Origin: an uncultured Verrucomicrobiae bacterium
GTDB lineage: Bacteria; Verrucomicrobiota; Verrucomicrobiia; Chthoniobacterales; UBA10450
NCBI GenBank assembly: GCA_963726745.1
Contig: CAVSDR010000003.1
Coordinates: 640,001 to 704,000 of the forward strand
Reading direction: 5' to 3'
DNA length: 64,000 bases
Shown here: in pieces, positions 1-12,478 of the stretch
Layout: the number at the start of each line of letters is the position of its first letter
Numbering within the stretch: position 1 is the stretch's first letter
The notes under the pieces: model-generated
Told to the model about the DNA's origin: nothing
Databases searched by the model: none
What the model saw: the letters and a program-made list of their open reading frames with translations, nothing else
Position numbers and translations under genes: made by a program

Positions 1-153
1 TTTGTGCGCGTGATTCGGCTGCTCAATCGCGACATCGCAGCGGTTGATGTGATCGCAGAATTTGTCGAGCCTTCCGGCCATCTCCAGGACCATGGTCTCG
101 ATCTCGGCTGATTTTTCGACGCCGCGATAGGTAATTTCGACAGGCAATTGCAT
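1..153 (-). CDS. HPF/RaiA-family ribosome-associated (hibernation) protein, N-terminal part, runs off the window start
   Basis: Manual translation from ATG at 153: MQLPVEITYRGVEKSAEIETMVLEMAGRLDKFCDHINRCDVAIEQPNHAHK. This matches the MQxPxxITFR...RLxKFxxxIxxCxV pattern of the sigma54-modulation/S30AE (HPF/RaiA) family. Not in the ORF track. Confidence 0.8.
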   Translation of the reverse strand, partial: MQLPVEITYRGVEKSAEIETMVLEMAGRLDKFCDHINRCDVAIEQPNHAHK

Positions 154-215
154 ACGTTTGCACTCCGGTTGCTGACCGAATGTGTCAAGGCGCGGCCAGT
201 CCGCCGAGGGACGGG

Positions 216-677
216 CTAGAGCGCCTGGAGCGAACGAAAATGCCCGGGCAAGGCCGCCTGCTCGATCTTCACCAGGTCGGATTTCACATGCTCCACGATG
301 CGCGACTTCACGTCATTCGAGAGCTGTTCGACCACCGCCGCATGGATCGCCGCCGGGGCCGCAAGCGACCAGCCATTCTTGCTCTCGCGCTTGACCACTT
401 CCGAGATGCTGTCGGCTAATTGCCGAAGGATGCGGCGCTCGTTTTCGGTTTCAAGGCCCTGGCGTTCGGCGACGGAGTTGGCGTGCCGGCCGTTGCCGTC
501 ACTGACCGGGAAACGTCCGGCCTGGTCAGTCACGCGGTCCTGGATGCGCGTGTGCGCGTCGGTGATGTCGAAGGATTGCACCAGCTCGAGGCTCGGGCCG
601 CGGTTCGGCGTTTCGTTCACTTTGTAGGCCTTCATGCTTCCGCGATCGGCCACGACGATGAGTGATGTTGGTGTCAT
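216..677 (-). CDS. Host attachment protein family / baeRF-like small protein
   Basis: Likely start MTPTSLIVVADRG at 677. The LIVVAD...D..GRF...E..R....LA..I...W.LAAP...V...L pattern is typical of Host_attach/baeRF12-like proteins. Confidence 0.65.
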   Translation of the reverse strand: MTPTSLIVVADRGSMKAYKVNETPNRGPSLELVQSFDITDAHTRIQDRVTDQAGRFPVSDGNGRHANSVAERQGLETENERRILRQLADSISEVVKRESKNGWSLAAPAAIHAAVVEQLSNDVKSRIVEHVKSDLVKIEQAALPGHFRSLQAL

Positions 678-760
678 GCAATAAACAGTGTTCGGCGACA
701 AGGTATCGGATGCGAGCGCTAAATCGCGCGGCCGCGGTCCCCTTCGCAGATGTAATCGGT

Positions 761-3082
<2,322 letters not shown>

Positions 3083-3226
3083 ATTGTTCCTATCCCTACG
3101 GGACTGAGTGCGAAATTGGTTGCAGGAGCTTTCAGAAACTTCCGGCACTTTTGACTTCCGTCGCGCGCGACGACTCGTTAGTCTGCCGCTTCCCGGCGGC
3201 CCTATCCCCGCCCGGCCTTCCCCCCC

Positions 3227-4508
3227 ATGAAGAAAAAACCTTGGACCGTCCTGGTCTACCTCGCGGGCGACAACAACCTCGACTCCGCCGGCGTGACCGA
3301 TCTCGCGGAGATGAAACGCGTCGGCTCGACCGACCAGCTCAACCTCGTGGCGCAATTCGACCGCGCCGCCGGCGAGGCGCAAACCCACCGCTACTTCCTC
3401 CGGAAAGGCGGCACCCTCGACGCCGATGCCGTGGGCAATCTCGGCGAGACCAACACTGGCGATCCGAAAGTGCTGTCTGATTTCATCCGCTGGAGCGTGC
3501 GCAATTATCCCGCGGAGCATTACCTCCTGGTCGTCTGGAATCACGGCGCCGGCTGGGACGATACCGATGTCTATCGCCTTGCCCGCTCCGGAGGCGCCAG
3601 CATCACCCGGCGCGGCCAGACCATCCGCGGTGCCGGCGGCAGCGCAGAGGACACAGCCATTTCCCTGCGCCGCATCCGCACCATCGGCGGCGGCAAATTC
3701 CGCCGCGCCCTCTTCCGCACCTCCGTGGCCGCGGCCATCCACACCCGCGGCATCGCCTACGACGATAACGCGCAGGATTTCCTCGATAATCTGGAGCTCA
3801 AGCGCGTCCTCCTCGCGGCCAAGAAAACCATCGGCCGGAAGATCGACCTCCTCGGGCTCGACGCCTGCCTCATGAGCATGGCCGAGGTCGGCTACGAGAA
3901 TCGCGACGCCGCCGATTTTACCATCGGCTCCGAGCAAACCGAGCCGGGCGACGGCTGGCCTTACCACACCATCCTGGCCGAGCTGGCGAAGAAACCAACG
4001 ATGGCTCCGCGTGAATTAGCCAGCGTGATCGTGAAACGTTATCTCGCCTCCTACCCGGCCAATTCCGGCGTCACCCAGTCGGCCTGCGACCTCGGGCAAA
4101 GCGAGGCGTTGCGCGCCGCGATCGACCAATTAGGCAGCGCTTTGAGCGCTGCGCTTGCCAGCGAAAGCACCCGCGCCGGCATCCTCCAGGCCCGCACTCA
4201 GGTGCAAAGCTACGAGACGCGCGATTACGTCGACCTGCAGGACTTGTGCGATCTTCTGCAAGCCAACTGCGCCACGCAAAAAGCGATCGTGGCCGCGGCG
4301 AAGACCGTCGGCCAGTGCGATCAAAAATTACGTCGTCGCCCAGGGCGCGAAGGGTTCCGCGGTGGCGCATTCCCACGGCGTCTCGATCCATTTCCCAAAC
4401 GACCCGCGCCAGCCGCTCTCGCCGCTCTACGCCAGGCTGGACTTCGCAAAGAAGGGCCGATGGGACGAATTCCTCCAGGCCTGGCTGCAGGCCTTGCAGC
4501 GGCGCTGA
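3227..4508 (+). CDS. Clostripain-related cysteine peptidase (family C11), 1-bp frameshift near 4310
   Basis: WTVLVYLAGDNNL, ETNTGDP, LVVWNHGAGW (catalytic His), GLDACLMSMAEV (catalytic Cys), GSEQTEPGDGW. The C-terminus (SHGVSIHFP...YARLDFA..GRWDEFL) continues in the 4155..4508 frame. Confidence 0.85.
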
Positions 4509-4517
4509 AGTCGCTGT

Positions 4518-5546
4518 CTAAAATCGCCGGAACCACCCGTAAGGAAACGCATCCCCCGGGCAATCCGTGGCCCAGCGCGGCGGATTCATCTCGCGATGCG
4601 GCCGCACGGGCATGCTCCCGCCGCAGCGTTCGCGCAGGTAGCGGATCAACTCTTCGCTGGAGGCAAGCTGCGCGCGCGTCGGCTGCTGCTTGTTAAAATC
4701 GCCCACCAGGCAGATGCCTAACGAGATGTTGTTCAGGTAATCGCTGTGCACGTGGCCGCCGTTGATCTGCCGGCGCCAGCGATCGCCCACCTCCACCTGC
4801 CCGTCGCCCGAGGAGGTGCCGTTGCCGACCACGAAATGGTAGGCCATGCCGTTCTGCATCCGCCGGACTTTGCGGTGGTAATAATCGAAGGCGCGCGCGT
4901 TCCCCTGCCGCGTCCCGCTGTTGTGCACGATGATGAATTTCCAGCGCGAGCGCTGGACCGGCGCGCGGCGGATGGCGTCGATCACGCTCCGGCTCAGGTA
5001 GCGGTAGCGCGTCTCCTCGCGACCGCCGAAAATCCGCGCCCAAAAACTGCGCTTCGGCGGCGGAGGAGGCGGCGGCTCGAACCCGCGTTCCTCCTCGATG
5101 CCAGATTTTTGGATTGTGATGTCGGAGGGCAAAGAGGCCGAAATGCGCGGCGTATTAGCCGGCGGGCTGGTCGGCGCGGGCTGGGCGCGGGCGGGCGTTT
5201 CCCGCGGTTCGGCCGCGCTCGCGCGCGGAATGGGCGTGGCCTTTTCTTCGTCGTCCTCGTCGGAGGTGGCGCTGCGCTTCGGCGCGGGCGTCGCTTTCCC
5301 GCTGGCGCTCTTTTTTTTCTTCTTCGAGGTCGCCTTGGGTTTGCCGCTCGACTTCTTTGCCGGCGTCGGCTTGGCGATCGTGTGCATCTCTTCGCGCGCC
5401 TTCAAAAAAGCGTCGCGCTTCTTCTTGTCGGCTTCGGAGATTTCCGCGCGCAAAGCTCCGCCCACGAGCGCCAGCAACACCGCTGCGATTGCGAGCCAGG
5501 AGCCGCGCGCAAAACGCCCGCGCGAAAAAACAGCGCGCAACTTCAA
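4518..5546 (-). CDS. N-acetylmuramoyl-L-alanine amidase (Amidase_2 / PGRP-like) with signal peptide and K/P-rich linker
   Basis: IIVHNS, AYHFVVGNG, GICLVGDF, PHRE...TDCPG zinc-amidase motifs in the C-terminal half. Confidence 0.85.
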   Translation of the reverse strand: MKLRAVFSRGRFARGSWLAIAAVLLALVGGALRAEISEADKKKRDAFLKAREEMHTIAKPTPAKKSSGKPKATSKKKKKSASGKATPAPKRSATSDEDDEEKATPIPRASAAEPRETPARAQPAPTSPPANTPRISASLPSDITIQKSGIEEERGFEPPPPPPPKRSFWARIFGGREETRYRYLSRSVIDAIRRAPVQRSRWKFIIVHNSGTRQGNARAFDYYHRKVRRMQNGMAYHFVVGNGTSSGDGQVEVGDRWRRQINGGHVHSDYLNNISLGICLVGDFNKQQPTRAQLASSEELIRYLRERCGGSMPVRPHREMNPPRWATDCPGDAFPYGWFRRF

Positions 5547-6472
5547 GCGGCCTGGGGTTGCAGTTCGTCCGCTCTCCGGCGCGCGGCCCGTTCGCGCTCG
5601 CGCGTGAGAATGGCGTTTAATTTCCCGCCCAACAGGAGGAAGAGGCAGGTGAGATACATCCAGGTCAGGAGCATGATGATGGAGGCGAGCGCCAGGTAAG
5701 TCGGGTTATAGCGATCGTAAGCGCCTACATAATACTGGAAGAGCTTCGTCACCGTGATCCAGCCGAGCGCGAACAGGAGCGCGCCCGGGAGCGCTTGTTT
5801 TACCGTGAGATAATTCTCCGGCGTGAGCAGGTAGAGCGCGAGCGCCAGCACCGTTAGCGCCACCGCAGTCAACGGCAAGCTCAAGGCCGCGACCCATTGC
5901 TGGAGCGGAATCGAGAGCTGGAAATTCACCTCGGCCACGCCGGCCAGGGTTTCGCCAAAGACCATCGCGTTGAAAGAGAACAGGATCGTGATCCCGAACC
6001 AAAACAGGAGGAAAAAGGAGATGATGTATTTCGACCACCAATTGCGATCCTCCGCGATCCCATGCGTGCGGCTGAGCGCGTGCGAGATCGTCGAGATGAA
6101 AAGCGTCCCGAGGTAAATCCCCAGCGCAATTCCGACGTTGCCGAGCACGCCGGTGGCCCCGCTCGTGACCACGTTGGCCACGGCCGCGTCCAGGATGTCG
6201 CCTACTTTCGCGTCCGGCGGCAGGAAGCTTTTCAGAATCAAAAACATCTGGTGCAATTTCGCCGGGTCCGTCCCGAAGAGCCCGAGCAAATGCCAGAGAA
6301 AGAGCAAGCCCGGCGCGAGGGTAAAGAGGAACTGGTAGGCCATCTGCGCGGCCAGCCCGGTGGTGTTGTCCATCGCGGTTTCCCAAACCAAACGGCGCAG
6401 GACCCGGCCGATGAATTTGAGATATCTCATCTGGCGGCTGAGTCTACTTTGCCGATGGTAAACGTCCATCAA
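5543..6472 (-). CDS. YihY/virulence factor BrkB family membrane protein
   Basis: AAQMAYQFLFTLAPGLL, LPGALL...Y..YNPTY..LASIIMLLTWMYL...LLGGKLN pattern with several TM helices. The true start could be at 6430. Confidence 0.85.
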   Translation of the reverse strand: MMDVYHRQSRLSRQMRYLKFIGRVLRRLVWETAMDNTTGLAAQMAYQFLFTLAPGLLFLWHLLGLFGTDPAKLHQMFLILKSFLPPDAKVGDILDAAVANVVTSGATGVLGNVGIALGIYLGTLFISTISHALSRTHGIAEDRNWWSKYIISFFLLFWFGITILFSFNAMVFGETLAGVAEVNFQLSIPLQQWVAALSLPLTAVALTVLALALYLLTPENYLTVKQALPGALLFALGWITVTKLFQYYVGAYDRYNPTYLALASIIMLLTWMYLTCLFLLLGGKLNAILTRERERAARRRADELQPQAA

Positions 6473-6512
6473 AGTCTCGGCCGCACCGGCCGGCGGCGCA
6501 GCCTAACGAGTC

Positions 6513-7613
6513 TTGAAACGCATCCTCATCCTCACCGCCGGCTTCGGCGAGGGGCATAACAGCGCCGCCCGCGGCCTCCGCGCCGGCCTCGCCCTGGCCA
6601 GCGGCGGCACCGCCCGGGTGGAGGTGCACGATCTCTTCTCCGACACTTACGGGATGGCGAACGACTGGGCCCGCGAGGCCTACCTTGCCTTGATCAACCA
6701 ATGGCCGCGCGCCTGGGCCGGAGTGTATCGCCGGCTTGACCGACAGGAGAAATTTGCCGGCAACTTCCGCGTCTTCTTTTCGCTCAAGAAAGAACTCCGC
6801 CGCCTCCTCGGCCGCTTCGAGCCGGACGTGATCGTCTCGGTCTACCCGGCCTACCCGCACATGCTCGACGAGATGCTCGGGCCCGTCGGCCACTCCGGCG
6901 GGAAACGCGTGGTCGTCATCACCGATTCGCTCACGGTCAACGCCATCTGGTATCGCTGCAGTGCGGACTATTTCCTCCTGCCTAACGAACGCAGCGCCGA
7001 GGTCCTGCGCGCCGCCGGGATCTTGCCGGCTAAACTTCGCACCTTCGGATTCCCGGTCAGCCCGGAGTTTGCCGAGCCGGGCCACTTCCGCGCGCCGCCC
7101 TCGGCTGCGGAAGGGCGGCGCGCGTTGTATCTGATCAATGCCCGCCGCGGGCATGCGCCCGAGCTGGTCCTGCGGCTGGCCGCGCTTCGCGGGATCGAGC
7201 TCACGGTCGCGGTCGGGCGCGACCGCCGCCTGCGCAAAGCGATCGAGCGCATCCAGGGCGTGAGCGCGCGGCCCTTCCAGCTCGTCGGCTGGAGCGAAGA
7301 ACTACCGCGCCTGCTTCGCCGCAGTCATCTGCTCATCAGCAAAGCCGGCGGGGCCACCGTGCAGGAAGCTTTCGCCGCCGGCTGCCCGATGATCGTGAAC
7401 CACGTCATTCCCGGGCAGGAGGAAGGAAACGCCCGCCTCCTCCTGGAGACAAACACCGGCACCGTCGCCACCAGCGACGAGGCGCTCCTCGACGCGCTCG
7501 AGCGCGTCTTCGCCCACGACGCCGCGCAATGGCACGAGTGGTCGGCTAATATCGCGCAACACAGCCGCCCCGAGGCTGCGATCGAAAGTGCGCGCTTCCT
7601 CCTTTCGCTCTAG
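6513..7613 (+). CDS. MGDG-synthase / UgtP-like diacylglycerol glycosyltransferase (GT28)
   Basis: ILTAGFGEGHNSAA, FGFPV, ISKAGGATVQE, IPGQEEGNA motifs. Confidence 0.85.
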   Translation: MKRILILTAGFGEGHNSAARGLRAGLALASGGTARVEVHDLFSDTYGMANDWAREAYLALINQWPRAWAGVYRRLDRQEKFAGNFRVFFSLKKELRRLLGRFEPDVIVSVYPAYPHMLDEMLGPVGHSGGKRVVVITDSLTVNAIWYRCSADYFLLPNERSAEVLRAAGILPAKLRTFGFPVSPEFAEPGHFRAPPSAAEGRRALYLINARRGHAPELVLRLAALRGIELTVAVGRDRRLRKAIERIQGVSARPFQLVGWSEELPRLLRRSHLLISKAGGATVQEAFAAGCPMIVNHVIPGQEEGNARLLLETNTGTVATSDEALLDALERVFAHDAAQWHEWSANIAQHSRPEAAIESARFLLSL

Positions 7614-7626
7614 CGCGAGCGGCGCT

Positions 7627-8755
7627 TCAGAAGATCCGCTCTCCAGCGACCCAGGTCTGCCGGACCTCAAGGTCTGCGGAGAGCACCACCAAATCAGCGT
7701 CCGCGCCGACACGTAGTTCGCCTTTGTTCGTTAGGCCAAGCGCGCGCGCGGGATTGCGGCTGGCCATCGCCACGGCCTCGGCCAACGGCACACCGACCGC
7801 CTGCACCATCGTGCGCACGAGCTCGTTCATCCGCGCGATGCTGCCGGCTAATTTCTCCGAGCCGGCGAGCCGGCCCGCGCCGCCGCGGACCTCGCAACGA
7901 TTTCCAGCAAGATCAAACTCCGCGCCTTCCTCCAGCCCCGCGCCCGCAGTCGCATCCGTCACCAAGGCGATGCCACCCGCGCCTTTCGCGCGGTAAAGCA
8001 TCCGCAGAAGCATGGGCGAAACGTGATGCCCATCGGCGATCGCCTCGCACAGGATTCCCGGCTCGCTGAGCGCAAACTCGAGCAATCCCGCGACCCGCTC
8101 CGCGCCCCGTCGGCGCATGGAGGACATGCAGTTAAACGAGTGCGTCACCTGCGTCATCCCGCGCGCAAACGCGGCCTGCGCTTCTTCGTCCCAGGCATCG
8201 CTATGCCCGCCGCTGACCGCGATCCCGCACGCGCGAAAACGCTCGATCGCCGCCAGCGCCCCCGGCAATTCCGGCGCAAGCGTGACCTGACGCACGATCG
8301 AGTGCGAACTCGAGCAAACGGCCCACGCTGGCCGCGTCTGGCTCGCGGAGAAACTCCGCGCGCTGCGCGCCTGGCCGCTCCGGCGAAAGGAATGGCCCCT
8401 CGAGATGAAAGCCGGCCACCTGCGGATGGCCGCGAAAATTAGCCAGCACTTTCACCACCTCGTCGAGCGGCGCGGTTGCGGTCGTTAGGCAAAGCGTGGT
8501 CGTGCCGCCGGTGGCGTGGAAGTCGCAGATCTCCGCGATCGCTTCCGCGCTTCCCTCCATCGTGTCGCGCCCGCGCGCGCCGTGGACATGGAGATCGATG
8601 AAGCCGGGCGCAAGAAAATTGCCGTCCAGGTCGATGCCCTCGCCGGCGATCCCCCGCTCGATCCGCACGATCCGCCCCTCGGCGAGCGATAGGTCGAGCC
8701 CCTCCGCCACCCCTTCGGGCAGCAGGAGGCGCGCGTTCCGCAAGACCGTGGGCAT
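7627..8755 (-). CDS. nagA: N-acetylglucosamine-6-phosphate deacetylase, frameshift near 8296
   Basis: APGFIDLHVHG, GFHLEGPFL in ORF 8201..8791; VTLAPE, GHSDA, THSFNCMS, IADGHHV, LVTDA, LAGS in ORF 7627..8295. Confidence 0.9.
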
Positions 8756-8817
8756 GGCCGGGAGTCTACCCCGGCGCATTGCGTTCGCCACGCGCCAAGT
8801 CCATCATCTCCGCGGCA

Positions 8818-10354
8818 ATGGATTTCGATTACGATGCGGTCGTGCTCGGCGGCGCTTTCTCCGGCGCGGCGACCGCTTTGCTCCTGAAGCGCAAGCACCC
8901 CGCGGCGCGCATCCTCCTGGTCGAGAAGACGGAGGAATTCGACCGCAAAGTCGGCGAATCGACCACGGAAGTAAGCAGCGCTTTCATGACCCGAATGCTT
9001 GGCCTAACGAGCTATCTCGGGCATCACCAGTTGAGCAAGCAGGGGCTGCGGATGTGGTTCGCGAAAGATTCCGCGCAGGCCTTCGACAATTGCGTGGAAG
9101 TGGGCGCGCGCTACCAGGCGCGCCTGCCCACTTTCCAGGTCGATCGCGCGACGCTCGACGAACATCTGCTCTCGCTCGCGGTCGCGGCGGGCTGCGAACT
9201 GCGCCGGCCGGCGAAGGTCACCGGGATCGAGCTGGACTGGCGCCGCCGGGCAGACAGTCACGCTCGCCGACGGCGAAACGGTGCGCACCCGCTGGCTGCT
9301 CGACGCCAGCGGCCGCGCGGCCACGCTCGCGCGCAAGCTCGGCCATTTCCGCGCGAACACCGAGCACCCGATCAACGCCGTCTGGGCGCGCTTCGAGGGC
9401 GTGAAAGATTGGGACAGCTACGAGTGGCGCGAGCGTTTCCCGGAGTACGCGAACGCCTGCCGCACCGGGCGCGGCTGGGCCACCAATCACCTCATGGGCG
9501 AAGGCTGGTGGTGCTGGATTATTCCGCTCAAGGGCGGCGACGTCAGCGCGGGCTTGGTCTACGATTCGCGGCTCTTCCAGTTTCCCAAAGAAGGCCGCCT
9601 GAGCGAGCGATTGCATCAGCACCTGCTCGGGCATCCGGTGGGGCGCGAGATCTTCGCGGACGCGCGCCCGATCGAGGGGGACGCGCACGCTTTCTCGCAG
9701 CTCCCATATGTCAGCGCGCAAGTCTGCGGCGAGGGCTGGGCCTGCGTGGGGGATGCCGCGGGCTTCATCGATCCGCTTTACAGCCCGGGCTTGGATTTTT
9801 GCTCCTACACCAGTTCCTACGTCGCGGACTTGGTGGCCGATGAACTCAGCGGGCGCGACGTCTCCGCGCGCCTCGATTATTATAACGAGCAATATGCCGT
9901 GACCTACCGCGCGTGGTTCGAGACGCTCTACCGGGACAAGTATTTTTACATGGGCGACGCCGAGCTCATGTCGGCTGCGCTCCTGCTCGATGTGGGCGCC
10001 TATTTCGTCGGTCTGGTCACGCCGGTCTATCGCGATCCCGAGCGCGAGTTCCTCCGCCTGCCCTTCGAGGGCGTGCCCGGACGTGTCGTTAGCCGGATGA
10101 TGCGCTTCTACAACCGGCGCCTCGCGCGGCTGGGCCAGCGTCGCCAGCAACACGGCGTCTTCGGCGCAAACAACGCCGGCTGGCGCGAACTTTACGATGG
10201 CTTCGTCCCCGACGCGCGCGTGCGCAAATTGATCCAGAAAGGATTGTTCCGATGGTGGAAAGCGGAACTGACCAACTTGCGGCTGCTCCTCTCGTCGAAA
10301 GGCGCGCAGCAGCGCCTGCCCGCGAGCGCGGCGACCGCAACGGTCAACGCCTGA
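8818..10354 (+). CDS. Flavin-dependent halogenase-like oxidoreductase, frameshift near 9240
   Basis: FAD loop VVLGGAFSG, KVGEST, K-x-GLR (KQGLRMWF), FQVDRATLD, LDASGR, WCWIIP (WxWxIP) and GDAAGFIDPLYSPG. Split over ORFs 8779..9843 and 9281..10354. Confidence 0.8.
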
Positions 10355-11256
10355 GCTTTTTCCGGCGCTTTCACGTCCACGGAGTTCTTTGGCGGAACTA
10401 CCTCGACTGGGCGGTGGAAAACGTCCCCTTCCAGTTGCAGCCGGTGCTGCTCTCCATCTGGACGGCTATTTTTTTCCTCTTCGCCCGCCCGGCACGGCGC
10501 GCGGTGGTGCAGAATCTCGCGGTCGTGCTCCCGGGTTCGTCGCGCTGGATGAACCACCTGCGCGCCTTCCGCACGCTCCTGCATTACGCGCAGACGATCG
10601 CCGATGGCGCGAGCTACCGGGTGAAGCGCGCGGAGTTCGACTACGAGATCGAAGGGGCGGAATTTCTCGAGCAGCTTCGCGTGGTCCAGGGCGGGATCGT
10701 GCTCACCGCGCACATGGGAAATTACGATCTCGGCGCGGCCCTCTTCGCGCAGAAATTCCAGCGCGAACTCTTCATGGTCCGCGCGCCGGAACGCGACGCA
10801 GAGGCGGGCGCGCATCTCTCCAGTTTCGTGCAGGAGACCGGGCGCGGCGCGGTCAAGATCGCCTACAACCAGGACGGGGCGCACATCGCCTTTGACCTGC
10901 TGAACGCGCTCCGCCGCGGCGAGGTGATCTCGATCCAGGGAGACCGCGGCATTCCCGGACTGAGCCTCGTCGCGGGCGAAATGTTTGGCGCGCCGGTCGA
11001 TTTTCCGGCGGGCCCGTTCACCCTCGCGCAGGTCACGGGTGTGCCGATTTTCCCGCTCTTCATCGTCCGCCGCGGTTACCATCGCTACCGCATCATCGTG
11101 CGGCCGCCGCTGCGGGTGGAGCGCGCTGGGCGTAGCCGCGACGCGGCGCTCGCGGCCGCGGCGGCCGACTGGAGCCGCGTGCTCGAGGAAGTGATTGCGC
11201 AGCATTGGGCGCACTGGTTTGCCTTCACTCCGGTCTTCAAAAAAGGAGGCGCGTGA
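10252..11256 (+). CDS. LpxL-like lysophospholipid/lipid acyltransferase
   Basis: LTAHMGNYD (HX4D), LRRGEVISIQGDR, FG..VDFPAGPFTLA, and terminal HWAHWFAF. Start codon uncertain. Confidence 0.85.
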   Translation: MVESGTDQLAAAPLVERRAAAPARERGDRNGQRLSFFRRFHVHGVLWRNYLDWAVENVPFQLQPVLLSIWTAIFFLFARPARRAVVQNLAVVLPGSSRWMNHLRAFRTLLHYAQTIADGASYRVKRAEFDYEIEGAEFLEQLRVVQGGIVLTAHMGNYDLGAALFAQKFQRELFMVRAPERDAEAGAHLSSFVQETGRGAVKIAYNQDGAHIAFDLLNALRRGEVISIQGDRGIPGLSLVAGEMFGAPVDFPAGPFTLAQVTGVPIFPLFIVRRGYHRYRIIVRPPLRVERAGRSRDAALAAAAADWSRVLEEVIAQHWAHWFAFTPVFKKGGA

Positions 11257-11684
11257 GCGAGTTTTACTTCTCGTTGCCGCGGCTGCTGCTCCGGAGCGGC
11301 GCACCGAGCGAGCGGAATGTTTTCGAGGCGCACTTCGTGGGCACGCTCGAGCATCTCGTCGTCTATTTTTGTGCGTGGGAGCTTTGCCTAACGAGTCTTC
11401 CGGGGTGGGCGCAACTCATCCTTAGCCTGCCGCTGGCGGTGCTGGTCTTTCTTGGCTGGTTGCTCCTTTTTTACCTGAACAGTCGGCTGTTGCGCCTCGG
11501 CCTTTTCGCGGGGCTGCCGCGCAGCCGCGCGCAAAATAATCTCGTCGGCCTCGTCGCCACCGCGGCCGCCTTCTCTCTTCTTTGGGCCGGCCATTGGCAT
11601 GCCTGGATCGGCGCGCTCTGGCTTGCGCTCACGGTGCTCAACCTCTTCGCCGCGGCCGTGCTCGCGCTCGACCGCATCCGCTGA
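11253..11684 (+). CDS. Small four-helix membrane protein of unknown function
   Basis: GTG start overlaps the acyltransferase stop (GTGA). The sequence is hydrophobic and sits inside the operon. Confidence 0.65.
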   Translation: MSEFYFSLPRLLLRSGAPSERNVFEAHFVGTLEHLVVYFCAWELCLTSLPGWAQLILSLPLAVLVFLGWLLLFYLNSRLLRLGLFAGLPRSRAQNNLVGLVATAAAFSLLWAGHWHAWIGALWLALTVLNLFAAAVLALDRIR

Positions 11685-11688
11685 TCTC

Positions 11689-12478
11689 ATGCTCCGCGGC
11701 TTTCTCCTTGGCTTTGCTTTCGCCGCGCCGTTGCTCTCGTTAGGCAGCGCTTTCCTGGGGCTCTCCTGGCTGCTCGCGCTCGCGCCCGTTGCTCGTTTCC
11801 CATGCGCTCCTGCTCTACGCCACGCTCACGCCCAACTGCGCCTGGTGGGGCCCGGTGCGCACCGAATTTCGCACCCGCGAAAAGGAAGTCTGGCTGACGC
11901 TCGACGATGGCCCCACGCCGGCGCACACGCTCGTCTTTCTGGAACTCCTGAAGCGCTACGACGCGCGCGCGACTTTCTTTGTCGTCGGCGAACGGGCGGA
12001 GGCGCATCCGCATTTGATTACCGAGATCCTGGCGCACGGCCACGCACTCGCGAACCACACGCAAACGCACCCGCGCGCGAGCTTTTGGTGCGCCGGTCCG
12101 GGCCGCATCGCGGGGGAAATCGACGCCTGCGCGGAGACGTTGCGGAGCGCACCCGACCGGCCGGCGCGCTACTTCCGTTCACCCGTCGGGATGACGAATC
12201 CCTTCGTCCATCCCGCGCTGGCGCGCCGCGGCCTGGCGCTCATCGGCTGGAGCGTGCGCGGGTTGGACACGATCGCGCGCGACCCGGTGAAAGTCGCCGA
12301 CCGGATCGACCGCGCGCTTCGCCCGGGCGCGATCCTTTTGTTGCATGAAGGCCAGCGGGTCGAGCGCGACCCGGAGTTCAATCCCCGCTGTCTTGAACTC
12401 GTGCTCCAGCGGCTGGCCACGCGCGGTTACCGCTGTGTGATCCCGCGGCCGGAACAACTGCGGCCGGCCGGCGTTTAA
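11689..12478 (+). CDS. Polysaccharide deacetylase (NodB homology) with N-terminal TM, frameshift near 11790
   Basis: LTLDDGP, ATFFVVG, NHTQTH, FRSPVG, ILLLHEG. The N-terminal MLRGFLLG.. segment is in another frame. Confidence 0.85.

Noticed and set aside
3083..3967. N-terminal 295-aa extension of GlgX in the ORF track
   Set aside because: It is the antisense shadow of the clostripain gene. The real start at 3082 has an AGGA RBS.
11386..11745. GCCTAAC...GTTAGGC pairs resemble integron attC R''/R' core sites (also 25621/25911)
   Set aside because: The pairs are about 290-350 bp apart, lie mostly inside coding sequence and show no intervening hairpin. There is no cassette-like gene array and no integrase. 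Most copies are unpaired.
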